20,456 bases of DNA from Vitrella brassicaformis CCMP3155 (GCA_001179505.1 CDMY01000782.1:1-20456), one strand, 5' to 3'. Shown: positions 1 to 9,900, counted from the first letter of the stretch. The notes: a model not told the origin generated them from the sequence alone. Translations and numbers: made by a program.

Positions 1-590
1 GTGTAAAGCGCGACCATCCATGCTGTTGGTACCGGGTGTGACTGTGACTCAGCTTGAGAAGCTTCCGTCGTTGCCGTGGTTCGAGTGATCTGCTGACAGC
101 GAGGAGATGATCTGGGGGAAGGCGAAGTCGAATGACTCCACCAGCACGACGAGGCGGTCACACACGTCGAGCGTGACGTGAGCAGCACGCCCTCTACCCA
201 CCTGCTGTTGGCTGTCAGGGCGAACCACCACCCACCGATCGCACACGAGCGACTTGTCGCCGACCCCCCGGCCCATGGCTGTTGCCAGTTGGTGGCGGAT
301 ATCTTCGGCGACGGCGGTCTGCATGTGAGCTGGGAGGATCAGTCCGACCACCGAGAGGCGGGTCAGTGATCACAGCTGCAGGGCGTCGCGGTCCTTGGCT
401 GTGGTGGACTGGTCTCCAGCCATGAAAAAGTCCACTCCTTCCCTCCTGCGGCAGCGCCCATCGCTCCAGGAGCCACTGGTTCCCGCTGAATGCGAAGTCG
501 AACACGGCTCCGGAAGCACGACGAGGTGGTCACAGTCGTCGAGCTTCACGTCTGAAGCAGGCCCTCTACCAACCTGCAGGGGACTGTCGG
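1..590. repeat. Direct repeat, copy 1 (copy 2 at 13020-13609)
   Basis: Same sequence at offset 13019 by eye; the ORF-track translations 49..351, 178..369 and 215..505 are identical to 13068..13370, 13197..13388 and 13234..13524. Confidence 0.95.
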
Positions 591-1360
591 GACCGCTCAG
601 CACCCACCGACCCCATTCCAGCGACTTGTCGTTGACGTCGCGGCCAATGGCTGTCGCAAGCTGACCGCGGGTCTTCTGGGCAGCAGCGGCCTGCAGGCGC
701 GTCGGGATGATGAATAAAACGACTCTACGGCGGGTGAGGTCGTCGCCCAACGCCGCGCGGAGCAGCCGCAGGGCCATGCAGTCGTCGTCTATGGTGCCAC
801 CGGTCGCTGCCATGAAGAAAAGTCGAAAGAAACAGCCGCAATTATCGTCCTGCTTGAGTTCGACCACCGCTGCACCAGCCGCTTGTTGTTGTCCTCGATC
901 AAGCTCTTGTCGACCAGCGCCACGCCGTACCTGTCGAGGGACAGGTAGATCCGCTTGGTGAGGGATCTCCCTTGTCTGAGAAGCGTCACGGGGACAATGG
1001 CCGTATTGACCCACTCATCCTTCGGCTCGACGGCATTGGCGATGATCTCATCGAGCTGTTGGCGGGGAAGCAGCTTGTCAGGGATCGTAAGCATGCCATT
1101 GAAGAGGCGCAGCGTTGATGAATGAAAGGACTGTCTGTCGGGTGAGGCTGTCGCCCAACGTCGCGCGGAGCAGCCGCAGGGCCATGCAGTCGTCGTGTGT
1201 TGTCGACTGGTCGCCCGCCATGAAGAAAAGTCGAAAGCAGCAGCCGCATTTGTCGTCCTGCCTGAGCTTCGACCACCGCTGCATTAGCCGCTTGTTGTTG
1301 TCCTCGATCAAGCTCTCGTCGACGAGTACTACGCCGTACCTGTCAAGGAACAGGTACACA
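49..1360 (-). pseudogene. Disrupted gene of tandem internal repeats, unknown domain family
   Basis: Module YLxLDRYGVxLVDxSLIEDNNKRLxQRWSxLxQDDxCGCxFRLFFMA...DDCMALRLLRAxLGDxLTR occurs twice (~1130-1355, ~720-950) plus a tail at ~370-430. Module QLATAxGRxVxDKSL...QVGRGxAxxVxLDxCDxLVVL occurs twice (~500-665, ~130-295). A 1-nt deletion at ~859 is shown by the paralogous copy; in-frame TGA at 370-372. Confidence 0.75.
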
Positions 1361-1440
1361 CGGCTGCGACAGGGCTTTCGTACGTGTGCTCCAGTAGGAG
1401 GCGGCAAAGTGGTTGCGCGTAGAAGTAAGGAAGGGGCCGG

Positions 1441-1472
1441 TCAGATATAAGATGTAGGTAGCGATGAGCCTG
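1441..1472 (-). other. Conserved acceptor+CATTTTATAT module, copy 1 (diverged)
   Basis: Minus strand TCTCTTCAG|GCTCATCGCTACCTACATCTTATATCTGA. Confidence 0.7.
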
Positions 1473-1539
1473 AAGAGACACCCGAACATCATCGACAGTT
1501 GCGATGCCACACTCATCTACATGTCTACTCACTCTTGTT

Positions 1540-1625
1540 GTACCTTCATCGTCTCTCTTTAGTTTGAAAGGCCGGTCGCTCTGCTTGTCCTCTCTCGACG
1601 TCTCGCTGGGCAACGGGATGCCCAT
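1540..1625 (-). pseudogene. Short coding exon fragment MGIPLPSETSREDKQSDRPFKLKRDDE
   Basis: ATG at 1625; followed by candidate donors (G|GTACAA or GTGAGT) and an intron ending at module copy 1. The RDDEG|gtac motif also occurs at ~6460. Confidence 0.35.
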
Positions 1626-1713
1626 GAATGACTTCGGCTGTCTTCAGCCGTGTTCGAGCACTGCCAAAGGTTGCCGCTGGCTTTGACTGGATCGTTGTCC
1701 TTGGCATATGTCT

Positions 1714-1747
1714 CGCCGAATACAAAATGTAGACAGCCATAGATCTG
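1714..1747 (-). other. Conserved module, copy 2
   Basis: Minus strand TCTCTCAG|ATCTATGGCTGTCTACATTTTGTATTCGG. Confidence 0.75.
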
Positions 1748-1753
1748 AGAGAC

Positions 1754-2360
1754 ATGTCACCTCTCCAAGCTCCTTTGGCAGGGGTGTTGGACATGATTGG
1801 ATGTCGACTCGATGCCGGAATTGGTGGTGAACGCATAATCACCTTTGGGGTCGAGGATCTTGTGCAATGCTCACACACCCATCTTCCTGATGCCGGGCTT
1901 GTCGACCACTTGGACGATCGTCTTCATTTCCTCCCGCTTCTGCCTCTCCTTCAGCTTCGCGGTCACCGTCTCGTAGTAGTCGAGAATGTGGCGCTTGAAC
2001 TGCTCTGCATCCATGAGCTTGTCGCCGACAACGCGCTCGGCGTTGACTCCTCCTGCAGCTCCTCCAGCTTATCTCGGGTGACATAGCTGAGTGGGGCCGG
2101 CTTGGCGGATGGCACTGAGGTGGGGGCCGGTGTGGCGGCCGCGGCAGCAGCAGCAGGGCTGCACGAGGGGAACGAGGTGGACGCCATAAGGATGAAGTAC
2201 ACGGAAGATGCTGCGCGAAAGGCACACAGAAGGGCCATCGGTGTCATGCAGATGCACAGGCCCATCGTCATGCGAGTGTCTCCGTGTCTCGCCTTGTCAG
2301 CAGGGATGTGCCCGACGTATCATGGGGCCGCCGGGTCGTCAGGCAAACGAGGCAAGACCT
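1754..2360 (-). pseudogene. Disrupted multi-exon gene, unknown product with charged helical segment
   Basis: Frame ...YVTRDKLEELQEE shifts at ~2047 to NAERVVGDKLMDAEQFKRHILDYYETVTAKLKERQKREEMKTIVQVVDKPGIRKM, with GC-rich third positions. TGA at 1871-1873 (or a GTGAGC donor there). Upstream exon VLPRLPDDPAAP*YVGHIP has a TGA at 2320-2322. Confidence 0.6.
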
Positions 2361-2663
2361 GAGAGCACAGCACAGAGGCAAGAGGTCTCAAGAGGTCCCA
2401 TGCAGTGCACATGCATCATCCTCTCCACCCCAGTGTGCACACACGCGCTTACCGAGGACAGCTGAAACACTCAGCAGCGCCCCTCTCCCCTACAAAGTCG
2501 CCTCTCACGCCGACTGACGCGCAGTTGACACGGTCTCTCGCCTACGGCGCCAGGTCAGTGAAGCAACCCCGCCGTCACTCCCAGCCGACCGCGAGAAGTG
2601 ACTCTCTCGAACGACCGGCGCGTTGGGGTCGGTTCCGGCGCCATACTTTCAAAAGACGAAGCA

Positions 2664-2688
2664 CAACGGATATAAAATGCAGGCAACG
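2664..2688 (-). other. Conserved module, copy 3 (acceptor replaced by a CA microsatellite)
   Basis: Plus strand CAACG-GATATAAAATGCAGG-CAACG, immediately followed by (GT)n at 2688-2707. Confidence 0.8.
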
Positions 2689-2706
2689 TGTGTGTGTGTG
2701 TGTGTG

Positions 2707-2763
2707 TCTGTTGCCGAGCGTGGCGTGCAGCTCCATCAGGTGGACGTCCTCTTCGTTCGACCA
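2707..2763 (-). pseudogene. Isolated Myb/SANT repeat exon (R3-like N-terminal half)
   Basis: Translates to WSNEEDVHLMELHATLGNR, matching the Myb pattern WTxEEDxxLxxxHxxLGNRW. Preceded by a GT-AG intron 2764-2888; cut off by (AC)n before the next Trp. Confidence 0.7.
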
Positions 2764-2888
2764 CTGACCACACAATACATTGAATACAATACACACCACA
2801 CCCACACAGGCAACCAGTCGGACATCAGAAGACAAAAAGGGAGGGAGGGTGGATGGAGGGATGTGCTTCTTCTCGCTGGCTGCCGCAC

Positions 2889-3748
2889 CTGTTCCTGCAT
2901 GGCAGCTTCCTTCTCCGCCACGGGTAGCTCCTTGAAGGCCTTCATTGCCTCCAGCTGCGTAGAGTAGTCAGCACCACCCACCTCTCCTCGGAACAATCTG
3001 CTTTTGGATCTCGCTTTGCTATTGCTGTCCTTGAAGTGATGCACGAGCTCCTGCCGGCCCTCCAGTGGCCGACGGTCGATCCCGACCCGACAAAGGACAC
3101 GTCGACCCTGCCCTGGCACGTGCCGGCGACCATCGACTTGATGAGCGGCTCTAGGTGGAGATTGGAGTCGGGCTTCTGGCCGTACACATCTGGTATGGTG
3201 CGCCTCAGGGTCCTCTCCGTCGCGGGGAGAGTGCTAAGATAGACTCGCGAGAGAGTGGCCATCGTGCCCATGGTGCGAAGATGCGCTCGAAAGAGACAGA
3301 CACCTCCCTGGATGGATGAGAGCGACTCTGCCTCAGGAATGAGGTCGTCCTGCATCCGATACCGGCCGGTGCGAGCGGCCGACCACACCAGGCCCTCGGC
3401 GAAGAAGGTTTGCTGCACTCCAGCCGTGTAAACGTCGCCCTCGAGCGACACGGGGTCGATCAGCTCCAGGCTCCTCTTTCCCTCAGCATGGCACCCCAGC
3501 AGACAGACCGAGAAACGATACAGCAGCTTCTTGTCGTCCTTGCTCAGGAGGTAGGGGTCTTGTGTGTGGACGGAGACAGACAGCTTGACCTCGTGCTTGG
3601 GATAGGCGTACAGCCTGTAGATTATGTCATCAAATACGCCCACATTGAGTGCGCGGCGTTCATACCATCTGTGTCTCTCTATCTCTTTGCCTACCGTGAC
3701 GCGGCCGGCGTCTTCTCTGCTGCCGTCATCGCCGGAGAGGTCCTTCAT
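2889..3748 (-). CDS. MATH/TRAF-like domain protein, frameshifted near 3062
   Basis: ATG 3748. Segment YRLYAYPK..LSVSV..YRFSVCLL..F..GLVW..GRY..DD..CLFRAHL follows the MATH beta-sandwich pattern by eye. The frame changes near 3062 to GRQELVHHFKDS...KEAAMQEQ, ending at donor GTGCGG (2888). Confidence 0.5.
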
Positions 3749-3872
3749 CTTCAGCCTATGCGCAGCACAGCTGAATGAGACGCACCGAGACAGAGAGGGA
3801 CGTGGTTGGCCTGACATCTCTCCTTACGTGTGGAAGTGCATTGGCCAGTCTGTGACAGTCGATGAAGAAAGA

Positions 3873-3905
3873 GAAGCCCAACGGATATAAAATGTAGCCA
3901 ACGAT
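3873..3905 (-). other. Conserved module, copy 4
   Basis: Plus strand GAAGCC-CAACG-GATATAAAATGTAGC-CAACG-AT; no clear acceptor. Donor GTAAGG near 3827 and acceptor near 3772 could link it as a 5' UTR exon to the MATH-like ORF. Confidence 0.8.
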
Positions 3906-3989
3906 AGGCCCCCCTCTGCCCCTGCTGCGGCTGGCGGGAGGTGGGCGCGGAAAAGGCCCGTGCGGGGCGCAGCAGGGGGGTGGGGCGAT

Positions 3990-5734
3990 GGGATGACTGG
4001 GGCAGGGGGAGGTGAGGGCACGCTGTGCCCTCCCTCCGGCTCTTCTTCATCCTCCCCGCCGGTGAAGAAGATTACGAACACCTGGCCCTTGTACTCGCCG
4101 TCCTGGAAGACGACGGACACCGAGTCGTCAGCCTCGCTATACTTCCACCTGCCGCCCACGACCGTGCACGAGTCGCGAAAGCACTTGCTGACTGGCTCCC
4201 AGTCGTCTAAGGCCCACTCCGCCCACGAGAAATCGGTGCTGCCCTTGTAGACGGAGATGCTCCTCAGCTCTCTGGACAGCTGCTCGCAGTGCGCTTTGCC
4301 GAGGAGGGAGAGGCTCTGCTCAGCCGTCGACACCAGGTCGTAGGCCGCATCATCCATCTCACTCATGCGCTTCTCAAACCCGGCCTCATCCACGCCTCAT
4401 GGAATGCGCGAAAGTCTTTCCAGCCTGAAGGGCAGGACACACACACAGCGAGACGATTCATGCGTGTGACAGTGTGTAGGTGTGAGTTTTATGGCTGCCG
4501 CCGTACCATTGACGAAGCTCTTGACTTGACGGACCAGCTGTGCCGCCCGAGCAGGGCCCTGCCACACCGCCAGTGCCTCGCGGACGCTCACAGGGCTGGT
4601 GGACTCGGGAAAGGCGATGGCCGGGGACAGTGCATACCTGACGATGGATGGGATGGATGGGAGGCAAGGCAGTGGTTGGGTGACGGCTTGTGCGCATTCT
4701 GTGTTGCGTTTTGGTGTCGTGTGGTGGCGTCATTACTGTCTGAGGTCCATTGCGATCATCTTGCCCTCCTGTCGGACACACACAGACACCAGACGACACA
4801 CAAATGGATGGCTAGGCTTGCTGAGCTGGGGTGCTGTGGATCGTCTGCGGCATACCTTGATCCACTTCTTGAACCAGAGGTCAATCTGCTCCAGGGATGC
4901 CTCCAGCACGTCGGTGCCGCAACGAGCGAAGTCCAACTCTGACGACGCGGACATGGGAAGGGCAGCCAAGACACAAATGCACTCACTCAGTGTAGTCGTG
5001 TAGGCGTGTGTGTGTGTGTGTCGTGTTGGGATCCATCTCACCGTTCTTGATGACGTCGACGGAGTCGTGTGTTGGGAAGTTGTTGAGGATCTTGTCGACG
5101 GCGTCGCCAAGTTTGCTGAGCGACTGGAGCTTCTCGCGGTTGGCGGTGATGAAGTTGAAGACGTCTCGGTAGGTCACCAGCAGCAGATACGTCGAGTCAC
5201 CTGGACGCACCGACACACAAAGGAAGACAGAGTCACTGACGTGTTGGTCGATCGGTCACTGTGTGCATTCTTACGTGCGCGGCGGCAGGTGACCGGGGTG
5301 AGCTGTTCTGGAGGCTCGCCGCAGGGCTCGGAAGCCGCCTTCAACTCGGTGAGCTCGCGCATCTGTTTGGCGGTGTCGAGCATCTCCTTCTTGAGGGACT
5401 CTGTCAGAGAGGCAGACAGGAGAAAGGCAGACAGGTGAGTAAGGCGGTCGCCCCAATAGCTGCGCGTGAGTGTATCCCTCACTGATGGACGTGACGCACG
5501 TGTCGACCTCCTTGGCTGCAGGAAGGGACCACAAACGACAGAGGGAGAGAGGGTGGTGGCTGTGCTGTGCAGACCCACGGATGTGGCGTGTGTGTGTGTG
5601 TGCTGTAAGTGCCTTACCGAGCGCCTGCTCAAGAGCAGACAGTTCCTGTTTGCCGGTGAACCTGCACACACACACGCAAACACACACGAACACACACGTC
5701 CATCCACACCCCACCAGCATGATGCATGCGCCAC

Positions 5735-5766
<32 letters not shown>

Positions 5767-6290
5767 TACCTCTTTGCGTCGATGGCAGATGCCTTCCACG
5801 TGTCAGTCTGTCCCTCCTGCTGGTTGAGCACTCGCCCAGCCGCTCGGTCATCTTTCTGATATTGTCCATCCACAAGAAGAAGACGGCGCCTGTGAGCACC
5901 GACTCGCTTCGTGTAAAGCTGTTGGATCCCGAATGTGAACACCTGTGAGGAAACAAACCTGACAACCTGACAACAAATCGGAAGAGTACACTTGTCGGTG
6001 TTTGAAAATGGACTGCTTCTCCCGCTGATTTGGGTTCAGGAGCCCCCCGATCTTCCCCCGCCTCTTGTCGGTGTGGTGAACGGGAAAGACGCCGTTGGGG
6101 GAAATCGTAGGGGCCCTGTAGACACAACCAAGAGACACACAAACACACACGTAATGACATGAGAAGACGGAGCGGTCTCAGCGTCTCTTCTCATGTACGT
6201 CAAGAACAAACTCATGGTCGGCGATCACGTCGTTCTCCGCCAAATGAATGTCGGTCCATTCTGCGGCGTCCGTGATCGTCGATCATGTCT
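3990..6290 (-). pseudogene. Multi-exon (about 11) hypothetical protein gene with frameshift(s)
   Basis: Phase-consistent GT-AG exons including 5042-5200, 4856-4938, 4737-4768, 4507-4637 and 4424 onward give ...DSTYLLLVTYRDVFNFITANREKL...FKKWIKEGKMIAMDLRQYALSPAIAF...VNGWKDFRAFHEAW. A -1 break at ~4390 leads to DEAGFEKRMSEMDD...GQVFVIFFTGGEDEEE. The 5' exons (5770-6290) are less certain. Confidence 0.7.
5741..5766. repeat. (CT)13 intronic microsatellite
   Basis: Directly visible; lies just inside the intron donor at ~5769. Confidence 0.95.
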
Positions 6291-6325
6291 CTGACTTTGG
6301 CGGATACTGGAAGGAAGGAAGAAGG

Positions 6326-6358
6326 ACAGGGATATAAAATGCAGACAGCGATACTCTG
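6326..6358 (-). other. Conserved module, copy 5
   Basis: Minus strand GCTACAG|AGTATCGCTGTCTGCATTTTATATCCCTG. Confidence 0.8.
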
Positions 6359-6449
6359 TAGCTACAGCGAACAGTATGAACGACAATAAGGATGACCCAA
6401 AGTGTCTCAATTTCCTTATTGTTACCGATTCCTGGTCAGTCTTGAACAT

Positions 6450-7080
6450 CCATGTGTACCCTCGTCGTCTCTTCACCATGCCACTGCAGCCGTCATGTCA
6501 GCCATCTCGGCCTCATCGAAGACCGGCACCTCCGTCTCGAGCAACGTCTGTCCCTTCTCCAGCAGATCAATACACGACACCAACAGACTGACCACGATGG
6601 CCTCCGCCGATCGCATTGTTGTGGATATTAGCTTGGGGTTATTAGCGTCAGGCGGCAATTTCTCGTCGACAAGAGCGTCACGAAGGTTAGCCACAGATGG
6701 GCCGCGCCACCTTTTCTTCCGGTTCCTCCTCGCTCGTCGTTCATGGGCGCCACCTTTTCAATCCGCCAGAGCGGTCGAGCCCATGAACGGCAAATTGCCA
6801 GCAGCCTGTCTCGATGCGTCCCGTATGTGTGCATCCATACTGCCTGGTGAGATCCTGACCAGGTCCTTCGGAGCCACAACGGTCGGCCTCTCGAGCGTTA
6901 GAGTGCCGGCCGAAGATGGGCAGTTGGTAGCGTTCAGATGGAGAGAAGTTTCTTTTCTTTGTGTGTCGCCATACGGTGCCAGTCGAAGGGGATGGCGTCT
7001 CGCGGGATGTGGGTGTATTTGCCTGTGGACGTGCCGGCCTCCAGGGCAGCGAGTGCAGCAATGTCGTCGAATCCAACGTA
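6450..7080 (-). pseudogene. Non-canonical downstream exons of the Skp1-like gene, or a separate fragment
   Basis: Phase-0 acceptor at 7081-7082 gives YVGFDDIAALAALEAGTSTGKYTHIPRDAIPFDWH. Further coding-like stretches: NLRDALVDEKLPPDANNPKLISTTMRSAEAIV and LLEKGQTLLETEVPVFDEAEMAD. Exon joins are uncertain. Confidence 0.4.
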
Positions 7081-7154
7081 CTGACATCCACGCAGACGCC
7101 CGTGTCGGCTTGGTATGGCAGTGAGTGTCTTAATGCCCTTATCACAATTCGTAC

Positions 7155-7600
7155 CGCGATGATGCATGCGATGCGAGCGCAGGCCAGCTGAATGAGAGGG
7201 CGGCAGTCGACAAACTCAGCCGCCTGCATCCCACCACACCCACAGCACCAATGGGCACCAGCGGTATGTGTGGGGGGTTGTCATATCGTACCAGAGTCAG
7301 CGAACAGAGACCGTCCACGGTTAGGCGTTCGATGAACTTGGCGTCCCAGTCATCAGCAACAACCTGCACTCACACACGCACGACATCCTGCCGATGCACG
7401 TCGGCCCTCTCCCTCCCTCCCTCCCTCCCTCCCTCACTGACTGACTGACTGACTGTCAACTCTCACCTCCGTCAGTTCATCTGTTTGGATTGGCTTGCTG
7501 ATGTCGGCCGCCTGGCCCTTGTGATGCTCCGCATATTCGCTGATCTGCTTGAGCTGGGCGCTGTCGACCTCTGGCAGCGGGATGGGATCACTGCTCCCGC
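7155..7600 (-). CDS. SKP1: Skp1-like protein, three exons (7467-7600, 7292-7363, 7155-7223), lacking canonical N- and C-termini
   Basis: Spliced translation SDPIPLPEVDSAQLKQISEYAEHHKGQAADISKPIQTDELTE|VVADDWDAKFIERLTVDGLCSLTL|AAEFVDCRPLIQLACARIACIIA aligns with the Skp1 core (IPLPNV...VIEYCxHH...KPL...EWDxxF...LILAANYLDIKPLLDLxCAKVAxxI). Introns are GT-AG and in phase. Confidence 0.85.
7409..7455. repeat. (CCCT)n + (GACT)n intronic microsatellites
   Basis: Directly visible inside the Skp1-like intron 7364-7466. Confidence 0.9.
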
Positions 7601-7699
7601 CTGAAGCAGAAGAAATGACATGCGCTATCATATATCATCGGTCCGTGTGCTCTGATCCCATTGTCTCTCTCTGTCGTACCAGCGGCTGTCTCACCAAAT

Positions 7700-7763
7700 C
7701 AACGAATATAAAATGTGGGCAGCGATAGCCTGATGGAGACACAGTGAGAAGCATGACAGCAAG
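7700..7763 (-). other. Conserved module, copy 6 (extended, 61/64 identical to copy 8)
   Basis: Minus strand CTTGCTGTCATGCTTCTCACTGTGTCTCCATCAG|GCTATCGCTGCCCACATTTTATATTCGTTG; followed by donors GTGAGA and GTACGA upstream of the Skp1 exon acceptor. Confidence 0.85.
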
Positions 7764-8028
7764 AACATTCGACGACGTACCCACTGTACCCTTGTGTACG
7801 TCAGATGGAGGGTCCCTCCTCACAGCAGCCAGCTCGCCTCGCCGCATGCTGCATGCAATGCAGCAGAGACACGGCGAAGGAAAAGGATTCGCCCCATTGA
7901 TGTGTCGATGCGTCTCTTCTGTTGCCATGCATCCCCGTATGTGTGTGTGCCCTTACTCATTCTTGCAGATTGAAGTGTGAGGCGCCTGGAAGTGCTCAGT
8001 GGACAGCCGGCAATGCGAACGAAGATAA

Positions 8029-8059
8029 CAACCAATATAAAATGTAGGCAGCCATCCTA
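8029..8059 (-). other. Conserved module, copy 7
   Basis: Minus strand CCTTAG|GATGGCTGCCTACATTTTATATTGGTTG. Confidence 0.8.
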
Positions 8060-8421
8060 AGGTCGGGCCGATCAGCCGCTCTCGCTCTCCGGCTCCATTC
8101 TGCAGGCAGAGTGACGTCGACCTCCTGATGACACAACCTGTAACACAGCAGACCGACGGACATTATGTGCAGGCTGAATGCAGGCTGAATGAGGCCTCGT
8201 TGTGGTGGTGGTCTGCATGTGATCGATGAAGCCTACTTCGTATCAGTGAGTTGTCGCTGCAGGTTTGAGTCTTGTGGAGGTACCAGACGTCGCTGCACCA
8301 GACGTCCTCTGCAGACGACGCCTGTTCCCACAGCCGACGAGCCTCCTCAGGACACGAGGGCCAGACACAACACATTTCTGCACGAGTGAGGACTGGCTGC
8401 CTTGTCCATCCACTTACTTGA

Positions 8422-9291
8422 CTAGTGTGCACAGGTCTCGCCCAGCTGCTCCTTCAGATGCCGTACAGCCTCCCTGTCGCCGTCCACCCGGTCCTTGCCG
8501 CCGGTCAGCAGCAGGATGTCCATGCCGCCCGAGAGGATGCTACTGACAGTGGTAAAGTGCTGCTTGGTGATGGATGAGGCTCCGTCCTTGTCGACAAACT
8601 GGAAGATGTCCGAGAAGGACCGCTCCAGCCGCATGTTCTCCTGCTCATTCCCCACCGGCAGGCCTCGCACGCAGCGGAGCATGACACACTCCATCTCGTC
8701 GGCACTGGCGAGTCGGTCTCCCTCGCGGCCGACGTTGAGCAGACGGAGCGACGCTGCCGAAGAATACACCCTGCAAGACAGATATGCAGGAATGAGATCG
8801 TGTGTGTCAATCCATCCGCCTCCTCGTACCGTCATCGTAGAGCAGCTCCTCGCGATTCTTGCCAAACAGCTTCAGGAGCATCGTCAGCCTGCCATGGCAC
8901 CCTCGAAGAAGGCGCGGCCCAGCTGCTCCTTCAGATGCCGTACAGCCTTCATGTCGTCCTCCAGCTGGTCCTCGCCGCCGGTCAGCAGCACGATGTGCAT
9001 GCCGCCCTTGCCCTTGAGGATGCCGTCCATGGTGTCGAACAGCTGCCGGCTGATGCAGAATGCCCCGTCCTTGTCGACAAACTGGAAGATGTCGTGGATA
9101 GGACGGCCGCGCTTCCGCTGCAGCATGTCGACGAAGTCGCCACCGGGATCCAGACGCTGCCCGTGTCTGTCCTTGAGGCCTCGCACCAGATTCGACTGCA
9201 ACCATCGTGCTTTCTTCGGGCCGACCAGCCGGTCGCCTGCTCCTGCGGTGTTCTCGATGCACACAGACGTGGCCTTCTTGATGACACACCC
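8422..9291 (-). pseudogene. Two-repeat hypothetical protein (DIFQFVDKDG...LLTGGxD...AVRHLKEQLG), frameshifted
   Basis: Two paralogous exons starting GCVIKKATSVC and GCILRQRRSVC, both ending in AVRHLKEQLG. -1 breaks at ~8888 and ~8739; the latter is supported by alignment to the other repeat. Intron ~8773-8829. Confidence 0.75.
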
Positions 9292-9379
9292 TGCAACACA
9301 TCAGACAGACGGGCATCACTTGACGCGGTTGAATGGCGGCATTCTGGTCCGTATTTCTGCCTCGACGTGCATCCTATCT

Positions 9380-9900
9380 AAAATCGTACCATCTCGATGG
9401 AAGCGACGGTCCGTCATCTCTCAGCTGCATGAGGAACAGGAAGACGAACTTCGTGAGGGATCTCCCTAGTCTGAGCAGCGTAACGGCCGAGCTGCTCCAG
9501 GTGGACAATGGCCGTATTGACCCACTCATCCTTCGGCTCCTCATCTTCAGCGGAAAGTGCGACAGGTCACCAGCGGGGGTGAGAGGGGGGGAAATCACAG
9601 GCTATTACCTGTCCGTCATCATGGTGAGGGACGGCAAGGAGGTAAGAGTATTTCACCAGTTCTCCATGGCATCGAGAAGGTTGGGGGGGTCGATGCTGCT
9701 CTCTTCACAGGCACACACAGTGCAATGCACAAATGAGCTCTCTGCATGACTGTCCTTTCTCACCTGGTTGCGGTCATCTCATGCTGCTCCCGTTGCTGCC
9801 GTCGTGTAAGACTCCTGCGAAGGTCGTGGATGGTCGCTCCAGACCGGGCTCCTCCTTGACCTTTGGCGTCCAACCAGCTGCGAGACTTGCAGCAGATTCC
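9380..9900 (-). pseudogene. Upstream exon fragments related to the 49-1360 gene
   Basis: 9503-9539 is identical over 37 nt to 992-1028 (EPKDEWVNTAIV), followed by VTLLRLGRSLTK. Further coding-like fragments lie at ~9615-9710 and ~9765-9900. Confidence 0.5.

Noticed and set aside
2285-2335. AAP*YVGHIPADKARH resembling an SH2 start (PWYHGxI)
   Set aside because: Requires reading TGA as Trp, and no FLVRES-like core follows.
5825-5943. Compensating +1/-1 frameshift pair giving VLTGAVFFLWMDNIRKMTERLGE
   Set aside because: The unshifted frame is also open through the exon, so no frameshift is required; left unresolved.
8480-9010. LLLTGGxD as peptidase C26, alpha/beta-hydrolase or molybdopterin-binding motif
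   Set aside because: The short strand-GG-x-D pattern fits several unrelated folds, and no other catalytic motif was seen.
8495-9469. 324-aa plus-strand ORF, and similar plus ORFs at 4289-4942, 14476-15099, 1754-2086 and 17501-17893
   Set aside because: Antisense shadows of GC3-rich minus-strand exons; Ser/Arg-rich, no motifs, and splice signals are on the minus strand.
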